Below, piece by piece: positions 27,616 to 37,029 of a stretch of DNA of 47,827 bases; within the stretch, counting starts at the first letter, position 1, and the number at the start of each line of letters is the position of its first letter. The stretch covers positions 1-47,827 of the forward strand of contig CBDUCG010000001.1 in the NCBI GenBank assembly GCA_965365595.1. The letters run 5' to 3'. The stretch is from an uncultured bacterium (lineage in GTDB: Bacteria; Desulfobacterota_D; UBA1144; Nemesobacterales; UBA2774). The notes under the pieces are model-generated. The model saw only the letters and a program-made list of their open reading frames with translations. It had not been told where the DNA came from and made no database searches. A program made the translations under genes and the position numbers.

Positions 27616-27825
27616 TTATCTGCCTTTGAGAAGTTTGTTTTTGGCCTCTTTGGGAAGGTGTCTTTTCAGGTATTCAAGTACAGCTTCTCTTACTATCTGA
27701 GCGGGTTTCATGCGTAGATGCCATTGTGATTCGTTAAGCATATCGACAAATTCTTGGGATGCTTTTACATATATGGCTTTGTTCAGCATTTCTTTTCTTG
27801 TATTGGTTTTCTTTTTGGTGGCCAT
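27616..27825 (-). CDS. Ribbon-helix-helix (CopG/Arc/MetJ-like) DNA-binding protein
   Basis: It has a basic N-terminal tail, then a beta-strand (KAIYVKAS) and two helices (QEFVDMLNES, PAQIVREAVLEYLKRH). It is divergent from copA. Confidence 0.55.
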   Translation of the reverse strand: MATKKKTNTRKEMLNKAIYVKASQEFVDMLNESQWHLRMKPAQIVREAVLEYLKRHLPKEAKNKLLKGR

Positions 27826-27990
27826 GTTATATATACTACCTATTTGTAATATGTTTTCAATAAATATGTTACCGGGGAGAAAATCAAAAATTATTGTTTA
27901 AAGTTTATTCTCTGTATTTCTTGTAGACCCTGGAAAAAAATATAACCCATTATTTGTATATATTGAAAGACTTTTTTGGTATGTCCGCTT

Positions 27991-28009
27991 GATTATAAGT
28001 ATTATAATC
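27991..28009. promoter_or_regulatory. Perfect 8-3-8 palindrome (candidate operator) upstream of copA
   Basis: GATTATAA-GTA-TTATAATC lies 55-90 nt upstream of the possible copA starts. Confidence 0.35.
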
Positions 28010-28063
28010 TCCTGAATATTGCAGTATATTTAGTTAGAAAACAATTAGTTTTCAAAAATTACT

Positions 28064-30325
28064 ATGTGGTACTCTATAGTGGATTGGCGTTTTAATATGA
28101 ATACAAAATCTGATAAATATCAAAGCCTCTATGTATCTGACATTAGCTGTGCCAGCTGCGTAAACACTATCGAAAACACTGTAAGGTCTATTCCGGGAGT
28201 AAATAGTGTGGAGGTCAACTTTGCCGACAAAACCGTAAACGTTACCGGTGATGTGGCAGAGGATGTTTTGATTAAAGCAATTTCAGGCTCAGGTTATACA
28301 GCTTGCTCAATCGATAGCACATCAGAAACTGAAAATAAAGAGAACCAGGAACTGGCTCATTATAAAGAGCTTTTAAAAAAAACCGCAGTTGCGGGAGTTA
28401 TTAGCGTAATCATTCTTGCGGTAACTATGCTGGACCTGATTCCTGATTTGAGTACTTTCAGGGGTCAGCTTTGGTGGGGTATTGCATCTCTACTATCTCT
28501 TTTCGTACTCATATATGCTGGCGGCAGGTTTTTTACAGGAGCTCTTAAATCATTTAGAAACCATAATGCCAATATGGACACCCTGGTCGCGCTCGGAACT
28601 GGAGTCGCTTGGCTCTATTCTACATTTGTCGTTGTTTTTCCGGGTTCAGTCTCAGAAATAGCAAGACATGTGTATTTTGATACTGCTACACTGATTATAA
28701 CTTTCATAAATCTCGGCTCGGCGCTTGAAATGAGAGCGCGCGGAAAAACCTCAGAAGCCATTAAACGCCTGATCGGGCTTCAGCCTAAAACCGCAAGAGT
28801 CATTAGAGACGGAAATGAAGTTGATATTCCGATAGAGCAGGTTGGTCTTGATGATGTTATCCGCGTAAGGCCGGGCGAAAAAATACCGGTCGATGGAGTA
28901 TTGACCGAAGGCTCATCACACGTGGATGAATCCATGATTACTGGAGAGCCGATACCGGTTGGCAAAAACATTGGCGATGAAGTTGTAGGCGGGACAGTAA
29001 ATAAATCAGGAAGTTTTCTCTTTAAAGCGAAACACATAGGAAAAGATACGGCTCTGTCTCAAATAATAGAAATGGTTAAGAAGGCACAAAATACCAAACC
29101 CGAAATTGGGCGTCTTGCGGATAGAATATCTTCAATTTTCGTTCCAACAGTAATGATTATTGCAGTATTAACTATGCATGCCTGGTTTAATTTCGGCCCT
29201 GAACCTAAATTGACTTATATATTAGTTACGACGGTAGCGGTTTTAATCATTGCCTGTCCATGTGCTCTTGGTTTGGCGACTCCAATATCAGTCATGGTTG
29301 GGGTTGGGAAAGCCGCCGAATATGGAGTGTTAATTAGAAAAGGCGATGCTCTTCAAAAAGCGGGTCAACTTACAACTGTGATCTTAGATAAAACCGGAAC
29401 CATCACCGAGGGCAAGCCTGCTGTTACAGCTATAGTGCCTTCTGAATTGTCTAACGATAACGAGCTGTTAACAATTGCGGCAAGTGTAGAAACTAATTCA
29501 GAACATCCTCTAGCCGAGGCTATTGTTGAAGCTTCAAAAGAAAGAAATCTATCTCTTTCGCAAGTCGAATCATTTGAAGCCATATCAGGTCATGGTGTTA
29601 AAGCGCAATATAATAATAAGACAGTGCTTCTCGGGAACTTAAAATTAATGAAAGACCATAATATAGATTTTGATATTCTGGAAGAGAAGTCACAGGGGCT
29701 GGCCAAACAGGGGCAGACTGTTGTATTTCTCAGTTTGGATTCACGTCCACTGGGGTTGCTTGGAATATCTGATCCAATAAAATCGGATTCACAAGAAGCT
29801 ATCAAAAAACTTCAGCAATCGGGGATTAAAGTAGTGATGCTCACAGGTGATAACCGCGCAACTGCCGAGACAGTTGCCAACACTGTAGGAGTGGATGATT
29901 TTATAGCAGAAGTTCTTCCACAGGATAAAGCACATCAAATTACAATGCTTCAGGAAAAAGGTGAAAAGGTTGCCATGGTTGGGGACGGAATAAATGACGC
30001 ACCCGCCCTTGCTGGAGCGGATGTGGGGTTTGCAATAGGAACAGGTACTGATGTGGCAATTGAAAGCGCCGACATAACTTTAATGCGAGGTTCTTTAAAC
30101 GGAGTTGCCGACGCAGTGGCGATCTCCAAAGCAACTCTCAAAAACATTAAACAAAATCTGATAGGCGCTTTTGGATATAACACTCTTGCCATACCGATAG
30201 CGGCGGGTGTGCTATATCCGGTAACGGGAATATTGTTGAGTCCGATAATAGCAGGAGCCGCAATGGCTTTATCCTCGGTAACGGTTGTAACAAATGCCAA
30301 CAGATTAAGGTGGTTTAAACCGTAA
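28064..30325 (+). CDS. copA: Copper-translocating P1B-type ATPase
   Basis: It has one HMA domain (CASCV), the TM CPC motif ([11 protein letters not shown]), the DKTGT phosphorylation site, HP (SEHPLA) and GDGINDAP. The start may be the ATG at 28097. Confidence 0.95.
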   Translation: MWYSIVDWRFNMNTKSDKYQSLYVSDISCASCVNTIENTVRSIPGVNSVEVNFADKTVNVTGDVAEDVLIKAISGSGYTACSIDSTSETENKENQELAHYKELLKKTAVAGVISVIILAVTMLDLIPDLSTFRGQLWWGIASLLSLFVLIYAGGRFFTGALKSFRNHNANMDTLVALGTGVAWLYSTFVVVFPGSVSEIARHVYFDTATLIITFINLGSALEMRARGKTSEAIKRLIGLQPKTARVIRDGNEVDIPIEQVGLDDVIRVRPGEKIPVDGVLTEGSSHVDESMITGEPIPVGKNIGDEVVGGTVNKSGSFLFKAKHIGKDTALSQIIEMVKKAQNTKPEIGRLADRISSIFVPTVMIIAVLTMHAWFNFGPEPKLTYILVTTVAVLIIACPCALGLATPISVMVGVGKAAEYGVLIRKGDALQKAGQLTTVILDKTGTITEGKPAVTAIVPSELSNDNELLTIAASVETNSEHPLAEAIVEASKERNLSLSQVESFEAISGHGVKAQYNNKTVLLGNLKLMKDHNIDFDILEEKSQGLAKQGQTVVFLSLDSRPLGLLGISDPIKSDSQEAIKKLQQSGIKVVMLTGDNRATAETVANTVGVDDFIAEVLPQDKAHQITMLQEKGEKVAMVGDGINDAPALAGADVGFAIGTGTDVAIESADITLMRGSLNGVADAVAISKATLKNIKQNLIGAFGYNTLAIPIAAGVLYPVTGILLSPIIAGAAMALSSVTVVTNANRLRWFKP

Positions 30326-30687
30326 TGAGCATTTTAGTAAACTTTGTTGGAGCATTACTGATTGTTTTCATAATCTGGTGGTTCTGGCTGTATAAAAAAA
30401 AGCAATCTGAAGCAACAATTGAAGGCAATTCGATAGATATAATTGTTGACTCAGGCGTGTATGAACCCTCTGTGATTCATGCTAAGTCTGGACAGGAGAT
30501 AACGCTTCGATTTCTCCGCAAAGACACCAATCCATGTTCAGAGAAGGTCCTTTTTAATGATATTGATGTCAGTGCCGATCTCCCTATCGGAAAACCGTAT
30601 GAGCTGACTTTCACACCTGAAAAAAAAGGTGAATTCGAATTCACCTGTCAGATGGCAATGTACCGCGGCAAGCTTATTGTAGAATAA
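30325..30687 (+). CDS. Membrane-anchored cupredoxin-like domain protein
   Basis: It has an N-terminal TM helix and a ~90-aa beta domain ending FTCQMAMYRGKLIVE. TAATG overlap with the copA stop. Confidence 0.7.
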   Translation: MSILVNFVGALLIVFIIWWFWLYKKKQSEATIEGNSIDIIVDSGVYEPSVIHAKSGQEITLRFLRKDTNPCSEKVLFNDIDVSADLPIGKPYELTFTPEKKGEFEFTCQMAMYRGKLIVE

Positions 30688-30823
30688 CAAACAATCGTGT
30701 AATTGATCTCATTTTAATAATAATCGTTTACCGAAAATTTTATTGACATTAAAGTCTATTCTATATAGCCTTGAATCGATTTTAATTACATTTGGAATCA
30801 AACTAATTAGGAGGCAGTTTATC

Positions 30824-31342
30824 ATGGCAGAAGAAAGAACAGGAGTTGTAACTTTAAAAGGAAATCCGTTAACACTTATCGGTCCGGAAATAAAAGTTGG
30901 AGATAAAGCGCCTGATTTTTCGGCTTTAAAAGGTCTTGGAGCGCCTATTTCGCTTTCGGATATGGAAGGGAAAGTAAAAGTGTTTAACGTAATTATTTCA
31001 GTGGACACACCTGTGTGTGATGTTCAGACAAAAAAGTTTAATGAGGAAGCGGCTAAGCTTGGAGACGATGTTGAAATATTAACATTAAGCATGGACCTTC
31101 CTTTTGCTCTAGGTCGCTATTGCGCTGCAGAAGGCATAGACAAAGTAAAAACAGCATCGGATTACAAAGATGCTTCATTCGGAGAGGCGTACGGAGTGCT
31201 GATTAAAGAGCACAAACTTCTTGCAAGGGCCATATTCGTAGTGGATAAAGACAATATTGTAAGACATGTTGAATATGTCCCAGAAGTTGCAACAGAACCT
31301 AACTACGACCCCGCAATTGCAGCCGTAAAAGAATCACTCTGA
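30824..31342 (+). CDS. tpx: Thiol peroxidase (Tpx, atypical 2-Cys peroxiredoxin)
   Basis: It has the VDTPVCDVQ peroxidatic Cys motif and a resolving Cys in GRYCAAEG. An AGGAGG SD lies before the ATG at 30824; the track ORF starts at 30743. Confidence 0.92.
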   Translation: MAEERTGVVTLKGNPLTLIGPEIKVGDKAPDFSALKGLGAPISLSDMEGKVKVFNVIISVDTPVCDVQTKKFNEEAAKLGDDVEILTLSMDLPFALGRYCAAEGIDKVKTASDYKDASFGEAYGVLIKEHKLLARAIFVVDKDNIVRHVEYVPEVATEPNYDPAIAAVKESL

Positions 31343-31358
31343 TTACTATAAAATTTAT

Positions 31359-31382
31359 AGGAGCCTTCAATCGAGGGCTCCT
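31359..31382 (+). terminator. Hairpin after tpx (possible terminator, no U-tract)
   Basis: The stem is aggagcc / ggctcct with an ~8-10-nt loop, and the downstream sequence is not T-rich. Confidence 0.3.
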
Positions 31383-31494
31383 GTATTCCTTATCCAAACA
31401 CTAAAACTACTATGAAATCTTTACATCTTTGAAATGCATCACAATATATGTATCCTTAATTTATATTTATAGTTGTGTGTGAGGGGGTCCGAAA

Positions 31495-31977
31495 ATGGGC
31501 ATTGGCAATATGATCAACAGACTTTTGAACAATGAGTCAAATGAAGAAAAAGACGAAAGACTGAATATTTCAGAGGAGAAAAAAACTCAGGAGGATTCTG
31601 TTGCATCGACTGCAGAGCAAACTGTTGACGAATTAGTCGCGAAAGACTCCCCGAAAACCCAGCCTGATAAAGCTGGAGAAATTACGGAAGAAAAGGTTTT
31701 AGAAGTACTGAGTGAAGTTTATGACCCTGAAATACCTATAGATATAGTAAATCTGGGGCTTATTTACGGTATAGATATTAAAGGCAAAAATGTGGTGATT
31801 ACCATGACTATGACCGCTCCGGGGTGTCCCGCTTCTACTCAAATTGCGGGGGAGTCTAAGCTTATGGTTGAAGAGCTTCCGGAAGTTGATTCAGTTGACA
31901 TAGATATAGTTTGGGACCCGCCCTGGGATCCAAGCAAAATGAGCGAAGAGGCCCAGCAAAGCATGGGTATGATATAG
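31495..31977 (+). CDS. DUF59/SufT-like Fe-S cluster assembly protein with ~60-aa acidic N-terminal extension
   Basis: It has the VYDPEIPIDIVNLGLIY and MTAPGCPA motifs characteristic of MIP18/DUF59. Confidence 0.8.
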   Translation: MGIGNMINRLLNNESNEEKDERLNISEEKKTQEDSVASTAEQTVDELVAKDSPKTQPDKAGEITEEKVLEVLSEVYDPEIPIDIVNLGLIYGIDIKGKNVVITMTMTAPGCPASTQIAGESKLMVEELPEVDSVDIDIVWDPPWDPSKMSEEAQQSMGMI

Positions 31978-32027
31978 TGAAACTTGTTGTTACTTTTCTA
32001 TACTTCCTAATACTCAAAAAAGTCAAT

Positions 32028-32059
32028 ATTTAATAGACCAAATTTAATAGACCAAATTT
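32028..32059 (+). repeat. Tandem 14-bp direct repeat (2.3 copies) upstream of bcp
   Basis: ATTTAATAGACCAA occurs twice, followed by ATTT. The repeat ends 7 nt before the bcp SD (AGGAG). Confidence 0.85.
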
Positions 32060-32078
32060 TTAACAGGAGAATTTTATC

Positions 32079-32537
32079 ATGAGTGATATACCCAAAGCAG
32101 GAGATAAGGCGCCGGGTTTTGAAGCTGAAACATATGGTGGCGAAAAAATCAGATTAAGTAACTACAAAGGCAAAAACACGGTCGCTCTGTATTTCTATCC
32201 AAAAGACAACACCCCGGGTTGTACTAAAGAAGCCTGCTCTATGAGAGACGGTATGGATGAGCTTAAAAAACTGGGAGTAGAGGTTTTAGGCGTAAGCACA
32301 GATGGTGTCAAGGCGCACGAGAATTTCAGGGATAAATTCGATCTCAATTTTCCTCTAATTAGCGATAAGTCAAAAGAGATTATTACTGCTTATGGGGTTG
32401 AAAGCGATTATGGATCTGCAAGAAGAATCACTTTTCTGATAGACAAAACCGGCGTGATCAGACACGTCTGGATGAAAGTCAAAACATCAGCGCATTCTGA
32501 GGAAGTTTCAGAAAAAGTAAAAGAGCTAGGTCTATAG
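32079..32537 (+). CDS. bcp: Peroxiredoxin Bcp (thioredoxin-dependent)
   Basis: It has FYPKDNTPGCTKEAC (the CxxxxC motif). It is 152 aa. Confidence 0.92.
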   Translation: MSDIPKAGDKAPGFEAETYGGEKIRLSNYKGKNTVALYFYPKDNTPGCTKEACSMRDGMDELKKLGVEVLGVSTDGVKAHENFRDKFDLNFPLISDKSKEIITAYGVESDYGSARRITFLIDKTGVIRHVWMKVKTSAHSEEVSEKVKELGL

Positions 32538-32593
32538 AAAAATATTTATTGGATTTACAGATTTATTTAGATTACATATAATAGCTCTTTAGT

Positions 32594-33334
32594 ATGAGCA
32601 AGTTCCCAGAGGGTATGTTTGTAACCGGAACCGATACCGGAGTTGGTAAGACCATAGTTACAGCGGCAATTGCCTGGAATCTTAATCGTGCAGGCAGGAG
32701 CGTTGGTGTTATGAAGCCCGTTCAAACAGGCACGGTAATAAGTGGTCCGACTGACATAGAATTTGTCCAGAAATTAATAGGTGAGGACGGTTCACTGGAT
32801 TATTCCTGCCCATATATGTTCCCTGACCCTGTAGCGCCGCTTGTCGCTTCGATGCTTGCGGATGAAAGAATAGAGACCGGAAAAATTAAAGATGCATATA
32901 AGAAACTCAAAGAGGATAATGATACTGTTATTGTTGAAGGAGCGGGCGGCTTACTCGTCCCGATTTTAGAAGATTATTTTATGTCGGATCTAGCTCTGGA
33001 TTTAAATATCCCGATTCTTATTGTCACGCGCCCGAATCTCGGCACCATAAACCATACTCTTTTGACTATTGAATATGCTAAACGAAAAGGGCTTGAAATA
33101 GCAGGCATCGTAATAAGCAATTATCCATGGGATCCCGGAATTCCCGAACAAACCAATCCCGAGCTTATTCTGAGCATGACGGGAGTAAGCATTTTGGGCA
33201 TTGTACAAAATGACAATTCAATTTCCGTAGAAAAAGGAGATATAGGCAATTTAAGAGAGCTGGCTGGGACAGGTCTTTCACCGATTTTGGGCGGAACATT
33301 TGATATGGAAGAGTTTGTGTCTTCGTTTGAATAG
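32594..33334 (+). CDS. bioD: Dethiobiotin synthase
   Basis: It has the GTDTGVGKT P-loop and VEGAGGLLVP. No other bio genes are present in the window. Confidence 0.88.
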   Translation: MSKFPEGMFVTGTDTGVGKTIVTAAIAWNLNRAGRSVGVMKPVQTGTVISGPTDIEFVQKLIGEDGSLDYSCPYMFPDPVAPLVASMLADERIETGKIKDAYKKLKEDNDTVIVEGAGGLLVPILEDYFMSDLALDLNIPILIVTRPNLGTINHTLLTIEYAKRKGLEIAGIVISNYPWDPGIPEQTNPELILSMTGVSILGIVQNDNSISVEKGDIGNLRELAGTGLSPILGGTFDMEEFVSSFE

Positions 33335-33415
33335 GTTTATTTTAAAGGCTTTCGTTAAAATTAGGCTAAATTCTTCAATAAATCTGAACAATTTAAAAGA
33401 AAGCAGCTTTAAAAC

Positions 33416-33445
33416 TTGACAGATTTCCACGGCATGATATATATA
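33416..33445 (+). promoter_or_regulatory. Candidate sigma-70 promoter for the act operon
   Basis: TTGACA, an 18-nt spacer and TATATA lie about 70 nt upstream of actA. Confidence 0.35.
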
Positions 33446-33513
33446 GTAGGCGTTTTAAGAATTTGGGATTTAAATCTTTCCAAATCGACACATTTCAGAG
33501 CTAAGGAAAAAGG

Positions 33514-34080
33514 ATGAAAAAAGGGATTAAAATACTTTCTGTACCTCTATTATCTATCTTTATTCTTCTTGGTTTTTATTTCTATAATGCTGAAAGCAGT
33601 GACCAAGGCCCAAAACAACCAATCCCATTTAGTCATAAGATACATGCTGGCGAAGATGAGATTCCTTGTGAGTATTGTCATAGCTTTGTAGATGTGTCAC
33701 CCAACCCTGGAATACCTTCAGTAAAAAAATGCATGGGTTGCCATCAACACATAGTAGGCCGTGATGTTGAATACGACTTTGACGGCACCACGATAAACAT
33801 TAAAAACGAAATAGCTAAAGTGAGAGACTACTGGGCTAAAAAAGAACCCATACCATGGATAAAAGTTAATTCACAACCTGGTTATGTGCATTTTACTCAT
33901 AAACGCCATATACAAAGAGGTTTTGAATGTGCTCAGTGTCACGGAGATGTGGCAAGCATGAATCAGGTGTACCCTGCTTACAGGTTAAACATGGGATTCT
34001 GCATATCATGCCACACAGAAAATGCTAAAGATCAAGTAGAACTTTCACACTTAAAGGATTGTTTGACCTGTCATTATTAA
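33514..34080 (+). CDS. actA: Alternative Complex III subunit ActA (pentaheme cytochrome c)
   Basis: It has an N-terminal TM/signal segment and five CxxCH motifs (CEYCH, CMGCH, CAQCH, CISCH, CLTCH). Confidence 0.85.
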   Translation: MKKGIKILSVPLLSIFILLGFYFYNAESSDQGPKQPIPFSHKIHAGEDEIPCEYCHSFVDVSPNPGIPSVKKCMGCHQHIVGRDVEYDFDGTTINIKNEIAKVRDYWAKKEPIPWIKVNSQPGYVHFTHKRHIQRGFECAQCHGDVASMNQVYPAYRLNMGFCISCHTENAKDQVELSHLKDCLTCHY

Positions 34081-34092
34081 GTGGAGGATAAG

Positions 34093-37029
34093 ATGTCCGA
34101 AGAGAAAAAAGGTGGTATAAAAAGAAGGGATTTTCTAAAAATCATTGGTGTAGCGGGTGGCACTGCGGCTGTTGCATCATCTTGCTCAGAACCAGTTGAG
34201 CAAATTATCCCTTATGTAATTCCACCTGAAGGAATTATCCCAGGAGTGCCAAATTACTATGCAAGTACCTGCAGAGAATGCTCTGCCGGGTGTGGTATAG
34301 TAGTTAAAAACCGTGAAGGTAGAGCTATAAAGATTGAGGGCAACCCTGAAAGTCCTATAAACGGCGGAGCTAGTTGTGCAATGGGCCAAGCCGCACTTCA
34401 AGGCCTATATAACCCCGACCGAATCAGATCCCCACTTTCTAACATTAATAACGATAAGCTTCAGCCACTGGGGTGGGAAGCCGCTGAAAAAGCATTAGCT
34501 GAAAAAATTGAAGAACTAAGAGGAAAAGGTAAGACCGGAAATATTGTATTCCTCTCAAATAACATTACGGGCACTCTAGGCACTTTGGTGGACGAGTGGA
34601 TGGATGCGCTGGGCGGTAAGCATATTCAGTATGAAACATATGGTTATGAGCCGATGAAAGAAGCAAACAAGATTTCATTTGGAATAGATAAGATTCCAAC
34701 ATATCACCTTGAAAATACCAAATATTTACTTTCTTTCGGTGCTGATTTTATTGAAACATGGTTATCTCCGACAGAATACACAAGACAGTTTAGTCAGATG
34801 CATGGCGTCAGAGATAAAAGTGTGGGAAGATTTGTGCACATTGAACCCAGGGCATCTCTAACAGCGACCAACGCAGATGACTGGATTTCAATAAAACCAG
34901 GTACAGAAGCAATTCTTGCCCTTGGTATTGCAAATGAAATAGTAAGAAGCGGAAAATCACCAAACAGCGGGGGAGGGCTGACAGGGCTTCTTTCAAAGTA
35001 TTCTGCCGATAAGGTTTCCGAAATTACAGATGTTCCTAAAGAGGCTATTGTCGAAATTGCCAATGATTTTTCTTCAATGCAGCCAAGCCTTGCCATTGGA
35101 GGCGGAGTTTCTGTTACAGGAACCAACGCAACTCAAACATTGGTAGCAATTAACATACTTAACTATATAGCTGGAAATATCGGTGATACTATCGATTTTG
35201 GCGATACGTTGTCTATTTCAAATACCGATTCGTTCCAGGATATCATTTCTCTTGTAAGCTCAATGGAAAACGGCGACGTTGACATACTATTTATATATGA
35301 TGTAAACCCGGTATTTACTCTATCTTCTCAATTAAACTTTAAGGATGCTCTAGGTAAAGTTCCATTCATAGTCAGCTTTTCAAGTTTTATGGACGAAACA
35401 ACTGAACTTGCTAATTTGATTCTTCCCAACAATACCACGATTGAGAGCTGGGGAGACACATTTCCTCGAGAGAGTGTGTATGGACTCATTCAGCCAGTGA
35501 TGACCCCGGTGTTCAATACTAAAAATACAGGAGACGTAATCCTTTCTGTCAGCGGACAGGTTGAACAAATAAAAGGAAGGTTTACACAAACAACATTCTA
35601 TGACTATTTACAAAATTCTTGGAAGGAAATTTGGGCTGGAACCTCGGGCGAAGGGGATTTTGAGACATTTTGGAACAAGTCGCTTGAGAGAGGCGGATTC
35701 TACAAGGATCTACCGTCCAAGCAAGTTTCGCTATCACCTGCCGTTGCAAGTATCAATTTTGCAGAGCCGGAATTTATAGGCGAAGGCGAATATTACTTTA
35801 TGGCATACCCTTCCTATAAATATTATGATGGAAGAGGCGCTAATAAGCCGTGGCTCCAGGAATTGCCAGAAGCTATTACCACAGGTGTATGGAGCTCGTG
35901 GGTTGAGGTCCATCCGGATACTGCTGAGAAACTTGGAGTTAAGCTCGGAGACTTTCTTTCAATCGAATCACCTCAGGGTGTCATTGAGACACAAGTGTAT
36001 GTATATCAGGGCATAAGGCCTGATACGCTTTCGGTTATGATAGGTCAAGGGCATACAAGTTATGGAAGATATGCTAAAGACAGAGGCGTTAACCCGATTA
36101 CAATTCTCCCTCTTGCAACCGACACTAAATCTGGCGGGTTTGCTTGGCTGTCTACCAAAGTTTCAGCGGCAAAAGTAAACAAAAGTGAACAATTTGTACA
36201 AACTCAATATACAACAACACAGCACGACAGAGATATTGCTCAGGCTATTAGCTTGACGGAGCTTGAAAAAGGCATACCTCATGAAGAGCATCCCGAGGCT
36301 GATTTTTATCCTCCAAGGGAATACCATAAATACCGTTGGGGTATGGCAATTGACCTTCAGAAGTGCACAGGATGCGGTTCTTGCGTTACAGCATGTTATG
36401 CGGAGAACAATATTGCGTTTGTTGGTAAAGAACTCGTTGCAAAAAGACGAGATATGGCATGGATGAGAATAGAAAGATATTTTGAAAAATCAAACAATAA
36501 TGCCGGTTTTCAAACCCGGTACCTTCCAATGCTGTGTCAACAGTGCAGCAACGCTCCTTGTGAGCCTGTATGCCCTGTTTATGCTACATACCACAACCCT
36601 GAGGGGTTAAATGGAATGGTTTACAATAGGTGCGTTGGAACCAGGTACTGCGCTAATAACTGCACATATAAAGTTAGAAAATTCAACTGGTTTACATACA
36701 AATGGCCGGAGCCGCTCAACTGGCAGCTAAATCCTGACGTAACAGTAAGAAGTAAAGGTGTGATGGAAAAATGTACATTCTGTGTACAAAGGATCAATCA
36801 TGCAAAAGATCTAGCTAAAGACCAGGGACGTGACGTCCGTGATGGAGAATTTAAAGTGGCATGTGAGCAAGCCTGTGCCAGTGAAGCAATAGTTTTTGGG
36901 AATCTTGAAGATCATGACAGCAAAGTCTCAAAAATGTCACATGATGACAGAGGCTATAGAGTGCTTGAGCACGTGAATACTCAACCTGGAATTACATATC
37001 TTAAAAAAGTGACACAGGATAAGGCATAA
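34093..37029 (+). CDS. actB: Alternative Complex III subunit ActB (molybdopterin-oxidoreductase-like domain fused to 4Fe-4S ferredoxin domain)
   Basis: It has a Tat signal (RRDFLK) and an N-terminal Cys cluster (CRECSAGC). C-terminal Fe-S motifs follow (CTGCGSCVTAC, CQQCSNAPC, CANNC, CTFC). A GGAGGA SD lies before the ATG at 34093. Confidence 0.9.
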   Translation: MSEEKKGGIKRRDFLKIIGVAGGTAAVASSCSEPVEQIIPYVIPPEGIIPGVPNYYASTCRECSAGCGIVVKNREGRAIKIEGNPESPINGGASCAMGQAALQGLYNPDRIRSPLSNINNDKLQPLGWEAAEKALAEKIEELRGKGKTGNIVFLSNNITGTLGTLVDEWMDALGGKHIQYETYGYEPMKEANKISFGIDKIPTYHLENTKYLLSFGADFIETWLSPTEYTRQFSQMHGVRDKSVGRFVHIEPRASLTATNADDWISIKPGTEAILALGIANEIVRSGKSPNSGGGLTGLLSKYSADKVSEITDVPKEAIVEIANDFSSMQPSLAIGGGVSVTGTNATQTLVAINILNYIAGNIGDTIDFGDTLSISNTDSFQDIISLVSSMENGDVDILFIYDVNPVFTLSSQLNFKDALGKVPFIVSFSSFMDETTELANLILPNNTTIESWGDTFPRESVYGLIQPVMTPVFNTKNTGDVILSVSGQVEQIKGRFTQTTFYDYLQNSWKEIWAGTSGEGDFETFWNKSLERGGFYKDLPSKQVSLSPAVASINFAEPEFIGEGEYYFMAYPSYKYYDGRGANKPWLQELPEAITTGVWSSWVEVHPDTAEKLGVKLGDFLSIESPQGVIETQVYVYQGIRPDTLSVMIGQGHTSYGRYAKDRGVNPITILPLATDTKSGGFAWLSTKVSAAKVNKSEQFVQTQYTTTQHDRDIAQAISLTELEKGIPHEEHPEADFYPPREYHKYRWGMAIDLQKCTGCGSCVTACYAENNIAFVGKELVAKRRDMAWMRIERYFEKSNNNAGFQTRYLPMLCQQCSNAPCEPVCPVYATYHNPEGLNGMVYNRCVGTRYCANNCTYKVRKFNWFTYKWPEPLNWQLNPDVTVRSKGVMEKCTFCVQRINHAKDLAKDQGRDVRDGEFKVACEQACASEAIVFGNLEDHDSKVSKMSHDDRGYRVLEHVNTQPGITYLKKVTQDKA

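Noticed and set aside
27207-27825. RHH protein plus downstream 76-aa ORF as a toxin-antitoxin pair
   Set aside because: The genes are 178 nt apart and each has its own SD. The 76-aa protein is acidic and has no recognisable toxin motif (RelE, ParE, MazF, PIN).
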